A stretch of 32,000 nt of DNA from Allobaculum fili (GCF_020969955.1 NZ_JAHDSX010000007.1:1-32000); one strand, 5' to 3'. Shown: positions 17,310-26,043, numbered from the stretch's first letter. Notes: generated by a model from the sequence alone, not told the origin. A program made the numbers and translations.

Positions 17310-19403
17310 TTAGAGTCCAAACAGAAGTCGATCGTAGCCAGGGAACGGCCAGTATTTCTGGTCCGTCATGGTTTCGAGCGCGTCGCAATGCTTTCTCAGC
17401 TCTTCCATATCCGGGAGGATTACTTCGCGGACATAGTCGGCTGCAGTTTCGATCGGTTCCAGATGATCCATCGTATCGCGATCGGCCTTGAGCTGTTCGA
17501 GCGCTGCAAACGCTTTGGTCAGTTCGGAATTGCCGCGCGCCAGCATCGTGCCTTCGTAGCCCTGATCGGCGGGCAGACCCACCTGGGTTTTGACTAGAAC
17601 GGTATCGGCAAGCGATTTCTGATAGGCACTGACGGCAGGAAGGATTTCCTGGCCGGCCATGTCGATCATCGTTCTGGCTTCGATGTTCAGCAGATGAACG
17701 TATTCTTCCATCAGGATTTCATAGCGGGAGAGAACTTCTTCTTCGCTCAGAACGTGATGCCGTTCAAAGAGCGCAATATTCTCGGGGCGTTTTAAATACG
17801 GGATGGCTTCCGGCGTGGTCCTGAGATTGAGCAGGCCGCGGCGTTCGGCTTCTTCGACCCATTCGTCGGAATAGCCGTTGCCATTAAAGATGATGCGGGA
17901 ATGATTCGTGAAAATGTCACGAAGCAGCTTGTGCAGAGCGGAAGGAAGATCTTCGGCCTGTTCGAGCACGTCGGCAATCTGCATCAGCGAATCGGCGATC
18001 GCCGTATTCAGAATCATATTGATGCCGGCAATGGACTGGGCGGAGCCGGGCATACGGAATTCAAACTTGTTGCCGGTAAACGCGAACGGGGATGTGCGGT
18101 TGCGGTCGGTCGTGTCAACGGGAAGTTTAGGCAGAACGCGGGCACCGATGTTCATGAACTGCTTGTCCTTGCTTCCGTAATCGGCATCGGCTTTGATCGC
18201 TTCGATGACTTCCGCGAGTTCGTCGCCGGTAAAGATGGAGATGATAGCCGGAGGCGCTTCGTTTGCACCCAGACGGTGATCGTTTCCGGCGGTGGCTACC
18301 GAAAGGCGGAGCAGATCCTGGTGTTCGTCGACGGCTTTGACAATGCCGGCCAGGAACGTCAGAAACTGCAGGTTTTCGTACGGGGTATCGCCGGGTTCGA
18401 GAAGGTTTAGTCCGGTATTGGTGGAGAGGGACCAGTTGTTGTGCTTGCCGCTGCCGTTAATGCCTTCAAAAGGCTTTTCGTGAAGCAGAGCAACCAGGTT
18501 ATGTTTTTTGGCGATACGCTGGATCAGTTCCATAGTCAGCTGGTTCTGATCGGTCGCCAGGTTGGTGGTCGAGAAAATCGGTGCGATTTCAAACTGAGCG
18601 GGCGCCACTTCGTTATGCTGGGTTTTTGCCATGACGCCAAGTTTCCACAGCTCGACATTCAGTTCGTCCATGAACGATTTTACGCGGGACTGAATCGTTC
18701 CAAAGTAATGATCTTCCATTTCCTGCCCTTTTGGAGCCGGTGCGCCAAAGAGGGTACGTCCAGTAAAGATCAGATCCTTGCGCTGGTTGTACAGATCGCG
18801 GTCGACGAGAAAATATTCCTGTTCGGGACCGACGGTCGTTTTGACGGAGGCGACATCATCGATTCCAAACAGGCGAAGAATCCGCCTGGTCTGCTTTCCG
18901 ATCGCTTCCATTGATCGCAGCAGAGGCGTTTTCTTATCCAGAGCGTGTCCGGTATAGGAACAGAAAGCGGTAGGAATGCAAAGAACGCCTTCCTTAATAA
19001 ATGCATTGCTGGTGGGGTCCCATGCGGTATAGCCGCGGGCTTCAAACGTGGCACGCAGACCGCCGTTTGGAAAAGAGGAAGCATCCGGTTCGCCTTTAAT
19101 GAGCTCGGAGCCTTTAAAGCCCATAATGACGGTTCCGTCTCCGTCCGGCGTAATAAAGGAATCGTGCTTTTCAGCGGTAATGCCGGTCATCGGCTGGAAC
19201 CAGTGCGTGAAATGGGTCGCGCCTTCTTCAATGGCCCAGACTTTCATGGCATGGGCGACGGCGTTGGCGATTTTACGGTTCAGCGGAAGGCCCTGGTCGA
19301 TCGTTTTTTTCAGTTCTCGATACGTATCTTTTGGCAGACGCTCTCGCATCTTCTGGTCGTCAAAGACCTTTTCACCAAAGATTTCTGCGACGTTCGTATT
19401 CAT
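17310..19403 (-). CDS. glnN: Type III glutamine synthetase (~697 aa)
   Basis: The track ORF is 17310-19619. The preferred start is ATG 19403-19401 (MNTNVAEIFGEKVFDD...), preceded by TAAGGAG. Both the length and the blocks THFTHWFQPMTG, GPEQEYFLVD, HNEVAPAQFEIAP and HEKPFEGINGSGKHNNWS fit GSIII rather than GSI. Confidence 0.92.
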   Translation of the reverse strand: MNTNVAEIFGEKVFDDQKMRERLPKDTYRELKKTIDQGLPLNRKIANAVAHAMKVWAIEEGATHFTHWFQPMTGITAEKHDSFITPDGDGTVIMGFKGSELIKGEPDASSFPNGGLRATFEARGYTAWDPTSNAFIKEGVLCIPTAFCSYTGHALDKKTPLLRSMEAIGKQTRRILRLFGIDDVASVKTTVGPEQEYFLVDRDLYNQRKDLIFTGRTLFGAPAPKGQEMEDHYFGTIQSRVKSFMDELNVELWKLGVMAKTQHNEVAPAQFEIAPIFSTTNLATDQNQLTMELIQRIAKKHNLVALLHEKPFEGINGSGKHNNWSLSTNTGLNLLEPGDTPYENLQFLTFLAGIVKAVDEHQDLLRLSVATAGNDHRLGANEAPPAIISIFTGDELAEVIEAIKADADYGSKDKQFMNIGARVLPKLPVDTTDRNRTSPFAFTGNKFEFRMPGSAQSIAGINMILNTAIADSLMQIADVLEQAEDLPSALHKLLRDIFTNHSRIIFNGNGYSDEWVEEAERRGLLNLRTTPEAIPYLKRPENIALFERHHVLSEEEVLSRYEILMEEYVHLLNIEARTMIDMAGQEILPAVSAYQKSLADTVLVKTQVGLPADQGYEGTMLARGNSELTKAFAALEQLKADRDTMDHLEPIETAADYVREVILPDMEELRKHCDALETMTDQKYWPFPGYDRLLFGL

Positions 19404-19423
19404 AATCCATCTCCTTATAGTAG

Positions 19424-19510
19424 AAAAAAGGCAAAGACACTCCAGCTGCAACTCGCCACTTAATCGGAGTGAACGTGGGTTGAAGCTTATTGGCGTCTTT
19501 GCCTTTTCGC
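19424..19510 (-). promoter_or_regulatory. Structured 5' leader of the GS/asnB/gltBD operon: long-range terminator-like stem with a nested hairpin
   Basis: On the minus-strand RNA, AAAAGGCAAAGAC (19507-19495) pairs perfectly with GTCTTTGCCTTTT (19438-19426). The pairing is followed by TTCTAC and then the RBS. Inside it, CACTCC/GGAGTG (19471-19466 with 19443-19438) forms a nested stem. Confidence 0.5.
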
Positions 19511-19517
19511 TGGTGTA

Positions 19518-19547
19518 AGAATACAAGATCAAAAAGCGCATGGTCAA
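19518..19547 (-). promoter_or_regulatory. Candidate sigma-A promoter of the nitrogen operon
   Basis: Minus strand reads TTGACC (19547-19542), then 18 nt, then TATTCT (19523-19518). This places the transcript start a few nt before the 5' arm of the leader stem. Confidence 0.4.
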
Positions 19548-20050
19548 GAACGGAAACGGAAAAAGCGTTCCGGACACAGGATCTGCAATGTAAACGATTA
19601 CAATTGAATGTTTTCCCAATTTTCTGAAAACGAAAGCCTGCTTTCAAGAGTTCTCGTTCCATCGCCTGAAAACGGGAAACGTGAGGAACGGGATGGCGGC
19701 AGCAAAAGGACAAAAGGCATTTTTCTGCCGTCCGATCCAGAGCAATGCAGATCAACGCAAATCCACAAAGGCCGGCTCAGACCATTTTTCGGCTGTCTGG
19801 CGGATTACACGACAGGAGACAGTTCAGCGAATTTATGCGGCTTCCAGCCATTCTGGCCGGTTTTGGCCCGTTCGTTTCAGCGGATTTCATCCCAATGGAA
19901 AGAAACCTCCGTGATTGTGAAACGGCATTTCAATCGGTCTGAAAGCGGTATCGAAAAGAATTTAGGGATGGTATCTTTCAAGTGCAACAGGGAAAAAGAG
20001 AAAACCAGGGCCCGATCATCTCGATTCATTTTGAAAACAGGGAGAAAGAT

Positions 20051-21952
20051 ATGTCGAAAAAGTACGAGCAGCTTGCCGCAGACATTATTGAAAAGGTTGG
20101 CGGCCAGAAAAATATCCAGTCCGCATATCACTGCCAGACCCGTATTCGCTTTAGTCTGGCGGATGAACAGCTTGCGGATGATGAAGCCATTAAAAACATG
20201 GACGGCGTAGCCGGGGTCATTCGAAATGCCGGCGTGTATCAGGTCGTTATCGGGACACATGTCGCGGACGTTTTTGAAGAGGTAGAAAAGCTTGCGGATC
20301 TGTCTTCAGCTTCCGGGAAGGACGAAGGAAAAAAAGAAGAGAAGAAGGGGGCGATGAATACGGTCATCGACTTCGTCTCCTCCGTATTCCAGCCCATTAT
20401 TCCCGCTTTATCCGGTGCCGGTATGATCAAAGCCGTTCTGGCTCTGCTCACCGTGTTCCATTTCATTACAAACGATTCGCAGACGTACATTCTGCTTAAC
20501 ATGTTCGCCGATTCCGCGTTTTATTTCCTGCCGGTTCTGGTGGCGTTTACGGAAGCTCAGAAACTGAAGTGCAATCCGATTCTGGCGTGCGTAACCGCGC
20601 TCATTCTCATGCATCCGACCTGGACCGGACTGGTCTCTGCCGGAGTGCCGGTCAGTCTGTTTGAAGTCATTCCGTTCCAGCTGGTCAATTACGCGAACAG
20701 CGTCGTTCCCATCATTCTGATCATTCTTGTTCAGAAGTATGTTGAAAAATGGCTGAATCGGATCATGCCAAAATCGGTCAATCTGATCTTCGTTCCGATG
20801 CTCACGATGATCATCATGGGCACGTTGGCGCTCTCTATCATTGGACCGCTTGGAAACATTGTTGGTTCCTGGCTTGGCGTGATCTTCAACTACCTTGCGG
20901 AAAATGCAGCCTGGGCACCCGCCGTTCTCGTTGGCGGTCTGCTTCCTGTCATGGTCATGTTTGGTATTCACAATGGCATCGCACCGCTCGGTATCATGCA
21001 GATGGGTACGCTTGGCTACGATTCCATTTTCGGTCCCGGCTGCGTCTGCTCCAATATGGCGCAGGCGTCCGCCGGTGCAGTCGTTGCCTTCCGTGAAAAA
21101 AAACGCAAGGAAAAACAGATTGCCACAGCCGGTACGATTACTGCCTACATGGGCATTACCGAACCGCTCTTATACGGCGTAAACCTTCCAAAGAAATATC
21201 CTCTCTACGCCAGCATGATCGGCGGTGCGCTTGGAGGACTGTATGCCGGCCTTACCCATACCCACCGCTTCGCAACCGGATCGAGCGGTCTGTCCGCCGT
21301 CCTGCTGTATATCGGCGACAATACCATGATGTTCTTTTACAACATTCTGATCGCAATTGTTATCGCATGCGTTTCCTCAGCCATCCTGACCTGGATTCTG
21401 GCCATCCGCTTTGAAAAGAAAAACGCAAAAGCTTCTTCCGAAAAAGAAGACCGCAAAGAAACGTCTGCTTCCAAAACGAGTTCAAAAGAAATTGAAATGG
21501 CTCCCAAAGCCGCAAAACCATCCAAAGCCATCGTTGAAGCCTGCACGCCAGGAACGATCGCACCGTTAAGTACAGCAAAAGACGAAGCGTTCTCTGAAGG
21601 CCTTCTTGGGAAAGGCGCAGTGATTGAGCCAGATAAGGGAATTGTTGAAGCTCCGTTTGACGGAATAATCTCGGTATTTTTCCCGACCGCCCATGCCATC
21701 GGCCTTATGAGCGACGACGGGATTGAAGTTCTGATTCATGTCGGCATTAACACCGTGGAACTGAACGGCGAACATTTTACCGCTCTCGCAAAACAGGGTG
21801 AGCGCGTCCAAAAGGGACAGACCCTTCTGAAATTTGATAAAGACGCGATCGCAAAAGCCGGCTATCCAACCCAGACGATGGTTATCGTCACAAATACCCC
21901 CGAATTTGAAGACGTAGAAGTTGTAGAAAACCTTGCGTTTACGAATAGATAA
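20051..21952 (+). CDS. PTS beta-glucoside-family transporter, fused EIIB-EIIC-EIIA
   Basis: The track ORF is 19982-21952. The preferred start is ATG 20051 (MSKKYEQLAADIIEKVGGQKNI...), preceded by AGGGAGAAAG. EIIB phospho-Cys motif: YHCQTRIRFSL. About 10 hydrophobic EIIC segments. EIIA(Glc-type) block: GIEVLIHVGINTVELNGEHF. Confidence 0.92.
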   Translation: MSKKYEQLAADIIEKVGGQKNIQSAYHCQTRIRFSLADEQLADDEAIKNMDGVAGVIRNAGVYQVVIGTHVADVFEEVEKLADLSSASGKDEGKKEEKKGAMNTVIDFVSSVFQPIIPALSGAGMIKAVLALLTVFHFITNDSQTYILLNMFADSAFYFLPVLVAFTEAQKLKCNPILACVTALILMHPTWTGLVSAGVPVSLFEVIPFQLVNYANSVVPIILIILVQKYVEKWLNRIMPKSVNLIFVPMLTMIIMGTLALSIIGPLGNIVGSWLGVIFNYLAENAAWAPAVLVGGLLPVMVMFGIHNGIAPLGIMQMGTLGYDSIFGPGCVCSNMAQASAGAVVAFREKKRKEKQIATAGTITAYMGITEPLLYGVNLPKKYPLYASMIGGALGGLYAGLTHTHRFATGSSGLSAVLLYIGDNTMMFFYNILIAIVIACVSSAILTWILAIRFEKKNAKASSEKEDRKETSASKTSSKEIEMAPKAAKPSKAIVEACTPGTIAPLSTAKDEAFSEGLLGKGAVIEPDKGIVEAPFDGIISVFFPTAHAIGLMSDDGIEVLIHVGINTVELNGEHFTALAKQGERVQKGQTLLKFDKDAIAKAGYPTQTMVIVTNTPEFEDVEVVENLAFTNR

Positions 21953-22017
21953 CGGGCTGCAAGGTGCTTCATCCTGTCAGAAATCGACGGAATGAATTCA
22001 AAATCAAAAGACTCTTG

Positions 22018-22065
22018 ATTCCGTTGGGAAGAAAATCAGAATTCAATTTGTCTTCCCAATGGAAT
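22018..22065 (+). promoter_or_regulatory. Strong intercistronic hairpin between the PTS and phospho-beta-glucosidase genes
   Basis: ATTCCGTTGGGAAGA (22018-22032) pairs with TCTTCCCAATGGAAT (22051-22065): 15 bp with one G-U, and an 18-nt loop centred on GAATTC. There is no U-tract after it, so I do not call it a terminator. Confidence 0.5.
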
Positions 22066-22090
22066 TCTCTATACGTGCAAATCGGTTTAA

Positions 22091-23530
<1,440 letters not shown>

Positions 23531-23600
23531 CTGTAAACCAGCAGATATCTGAATCAGAAAAACGAAAGATCAAAGGCAAAGGTTATAAGATTAATCGAAA

Positions 23601-23649
23601 AGAGCGGGAAGAGCCATTTCTCTGGAATATGTCTTCCTGCTCTTTTTTC
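23601..23649 (+). terminator. Rho-independent terminator after bglA
   Basis: AGAGCGGGAAGA (23601-23612) pairs with TCTTCCTGCTCT (23632-23643): 12 bp with one G-U. It is followed by TTTTTTC. Confidence 0.7.
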
Positions 23650-23660
23650 AACAACGGAAT

Positions 23661-23688
23661 CTGGAGATAGAAAACTGGAGATAGAAAA
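23661..23688. repeat. Perfect tandem 14-mer x2: CTGGAGATAGAAAA
   Basis: Copies at 23661-23674 and 23675-23688 are identical. The repeat sits between the bglA terminator and the rpiR-family gene. Confidence 0.95.
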
Positions 23689-23834
23689 AGGGAAAAGCAG
23701 CTTTCCACTAGAATCGGATGATCTTTTTGCACGAGCAGGAGAAAGGAACCAAATGGACCGTAAGAGGTTTTATTCAATTTTCTGACTTGTTAAGATGAAA
23801 ATACATCCCCTGCAGAGGCAGGCGGGAGGACAGC

Positions 23835-24713
23835 ATGAAACTCATCCAGCAAATTGAAGAAGCTGCTCTGAAGTATTCTAATACGAGGCGATGCATTGCA
23901 TCGGTCATTCTTGAACATCGAACCGATTTTCATGAGCTTTCTCTGGAAAACATAGCCGAGTTTGCCTTTGTCTCCAAACCGACCGTAGTCCGCTTTGCGC
24001 AGAGCTTTGGCTATGCGGGCTGGCGCGATTTTCGAGACGACGTGGTCGCCGAGCTGTACACGGCCCAGGTCCATCCTGAACGGGTCGATGTCAACTATCC
24101 GTTTCAGGCGGATTCGGATTTGAACTCCATCACGGATGCGCTGGCCAGAACGATGATTCAGACCATCGAAGATACCCGGGAAACGCTGGATCTGAACATG
24201 GTCAGCCGGATTGTCTCCTTAATGGAGCGGGCAAGACGGATTGCGGTTTTCAGTATCTCACCCCATACGTACAGTGCGTATCTTTTTGCCAGAAAAATGA
24301 TGACGATGCAGAAACCCGTGCAAGTATGTACCCCCAGGGAAATGGGCATTACCGCCAGAACGCTGTCCAGTCTGGATATGGCCATTCTCATTTCCTACGC
24401 CGGAAACAATTCCGATGCGGAACCGATGACGATCGTTCCGTATCTTAAGGACGCCCGAATTCCCACCGCCGTTCTGACCAGCGCGGGAAATAATTATCTT
24501 CGCGAAAATTTCACAAACGTTCTGACCATTCCAGATGATGAACATCTCTATACCAAGATTGCAACATTTGCGAGCGAGCAGTCCGTATCCTATCTGCTGA
24601 ACGTTCTTTATGCCGGCTTCTTTGCCAGACACTATGAAAAGAACGATCGAAACAAGATTCAGACCGCAAGACAGCTTGAAGATATCCGTAGAAACAGTCG
24701 ACTGCCCGAATAA
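23835..24713 (+). CDS. MurR/RpiR-family transcriptional regulator (HTH plus SIS domain)
   Basis: 292 aa. N-terminal HTH LENIAEFAFVSKPTVVRFAQSFGYAGWRDFRDD, with a SIS-like C-terminal half. GGGAGGA is upstream of the ATG. It sits next to a PTS/glycosidase pair, as is typical for this family. Confidence 0.9.
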   Translation: MKLIQQIEEAALKYSNTRRCIASVILEHRTDFHELSLENIAEFAFVSKPTVVRFAQSFGYAGWRDFRDDVVAELYTAQVHPERVDVNYPFQADSDLNSITDALARTMIQTIEDTRETLDLNMVSRIVSLMERARRIAVFSISPHTYSAYLFARKMMTMQKPVQVCTPREMGITARTLSSLDMAILISYAGNNSDAEPMTIVPYLKDARIPTAVLTSAGNNYLRENFTNVLTIPDDEHLYTKIATFASEQSVSYLLNVLYAGFFARHYEKNDRNKIQTARQLEDIRRNSRLPE

Positions 24714-24826
24714 AGAAAATAGTCTGACTTATGCTGACGAAGCAGTCAGGAAAGCGGGTTCGGCGGCTTGCCTTAAAAAACGATGGCACCTGCCGATGCA
24801 GCTCATAATCGAATACTGCCTGAAAT

Positions 24827-24869
24827 AAACCGGAAGTCCTTCTTTCCCGGTGATGAAGGCTTCCGGTTT
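24827..24869. terminator. Convergent-gene hairpin, a possible bidirectional terminator
   Basis: AAACCGGAAG (24827-24836) pairs with CTTCCGGTTT (24860-24869), a perfect 10 bp, and there is an inner CCTTC/GAAGG pairing. The minus strand continues ATTTCAGG and the plus strand continues GGTCTGTATTT, so the U-tracts are weak. Confidence 0.45.
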
Positions 24870-24893
24870 GGTCTGTATTTGAAAAAGCGATGT

Positions 24894-25551
24894 TTATCGT
24901 TGCAGTTCATTTTGAAGAAGTTCAAGATTTTCCTGCAAATTGCCGGTCATATCGAGCTCTCGAACAGAGGAAACAGGGGCTGACAACATTTTTTGATGAT
25001 TCATCTCGATCAGACAGCTTTGCGGATAACCACACGGCATCTGGGCGGTGAGCGGTCTTAAAAAGCAGTTTCCAGATCCATAGGAGAATGGATGGAGGAC
25101 AGATCTTCTTCTGGTATGTATTCAAGATTTGCTCGATGGGTAAAGCGGCCTTCGAGATAAAAGATTCCATTTTCAGGATATCCTGCCTGCGCAAAGCGGT
25201 CTTCCACGTTTGTGGTCAGGATATAGTCTGGCCGATTCTGTGTAATTTGTCGAAGCGTAGGCAGAATCGGAGAGACTGGCTTCTCGTAGTGAATGCCTTT
25301 GAGCAGCCGGGTATAAAACGCATTAAACTCGCTGGACTTGGGAAAGGATAGTTCAAGCCCTGCAAAGGAGTCTGAAAGCCGTATTTCTGAATAAAGTCGG
25401 CAAAATTTTCACTGAACCAGCCAGAAGGACGGAGGATCGCAAGGTTTTCACTCATGGAAAAGCCGTTGGCTGCATAGATGACAAGACCGTACGCCTGCCG
25501 GATCCAGTCGGCCGCTTTCTGCCAGTCGCTCACTGCGGAAAAAGAAGTCAT
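24894..25551 (-). pseudogene. SIR2-family (NAD-dependent deacylase-like) gene broken by at least two frameshifts
   Basis: Frame A (track ORF 25216-25551): MTSFSAVSDWQKAADWIRQAYGLVIYAANGFS...FADFIQKYGFQTPLQGLNYPFP. From ~25339 the sensible continuation is in another frame: KSSEFNAFYTRLLKGIHYEKPVSPILPTLRQITQNRPDYILTTNVEDRFAQAGYPENGIFYLEG..., ending at the stop 25060-25058. A third frame then continues to the stop 24896-24894. The pattern (A/G)xG-S ... KYGF ... DY(F/I)(V/L)TTNV(D/E) matches my recollection of the small Firmicute SIR2-family proteins. The 3' boundary is uncertain. Confidence 0.5.
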
Positions 25552-25880
25552 TCTTTCTGTTCCTTTCTGTCTGGCTCTGCAGGACAGCTTTGACGAATTT
25601 CAGCAGCAGTTTGAAAAGGAAATGAAGAAAATTACGCTGGAAAAGATTATCCAGAATTACCAGAAGCGGCTGGAACATTCCGAAGGCGCTGCAAAGAGCC
25701 CACAGATTTAGCCGTCCAGGTAAAGTTCCGGTTCGACTGGATGGTCCGTTTGGAAAAGAATTTGGCCATCTTTTTTTATTTGCTTCCAAATTCGCACAGG
25801 GGAATAATGCAGGAAATCGATTTCAAGTTCAGAAATAAACCGCCCTCTGGATGGTGAGTTTTTGAACTGTACAGAAAGCT

Positions 25881-25910
25881 TTGATAATCTCTGCGCCGAC
25901 TGTCTATACT
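25881..25910 (+). promoter_or_regulatory. Candidate sigma-A promoter of the GS-like/ANTAR/ybaK unit
   Basis: TTGATA (25881-25886), then 18 nt, then TATACT (25905-25910). This is ~135 nt upstream of the ATG at 26044. Confidence 0.4.
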
Positions 25911-25931
25911 TGAAAGAGCGTATAAAAAAAC

Positions 25932-25986
25932 AAATCCGCCTGTTGAAATCGGCTCCTGCTTCGAGCGCCAAAAAGCGGATTTTCGA
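25932..25986 (+). promoter_or_regulatory. Structured leader upstream of the GS-like gene: long-range stem plus short U-tract
   Basis: AAATCCGC (25932-25939) pairs perfectly with GCGGATTT (25975-25982) and is followed by TCGAT. The stem encloses a GGCTC...GAGC(G)CC hairpin. This is the same closing-stem / inner-hairpin / U-run layout as the leader at 19424-19510. Confidence 0.4.
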
Positions 25987-26043
25987 TACAAAATGAGAAT
26001 TTGAATCGTTCAGCCGGTTCATACCGAACAGGAAGGAATCTTT

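Noticed and set aside
19424-19510. Tried to identify the canonical ANTAR substrate (two tandem hairpins with A..G.. hexaloops) in this leader and in 25911-25990.
   Set aside because: I found only 3-bp stems with hexaloops (GGC-AAAGAC-GCC and CGC-CAAAAA-GCG), which are too weak to call. The ANTAR link is therefore kept as a hypothesis, not a feature.
19900-20050. Looked for a BglG/LicT-type RAT antiterminator target and a cre box (TGTGAAACGGCATTTCA at ~19910-19926) in front of the PTS gene.
   Set aside because: No sequence resembles the RAT consensus, and no BglG-family gene is present; an RpiR regulator is. The cre-like element has one base too many between its half-sites and fails the WTGNAARCGNWWWCAW pattern at several positions.
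21096-21103. A8 run inside the PTS gene (REKKRKEKQ linker).
   Set aside because: It encodes a Lys-rich inter-domain linker, where A-runs are expected from AAA/AAG codons. There is no reason to invoke phase variation in a sugar transporter.
25708-26022. 104-aa minus-strand ORF upstream of the GS-like gene.
   Set aside because: Most of it is R/S/F-rich and overlaps the promoter and structured leader of the GS-like gene. Only the last ~40 residues look protein-like; these are reported as a possible remnant instead.
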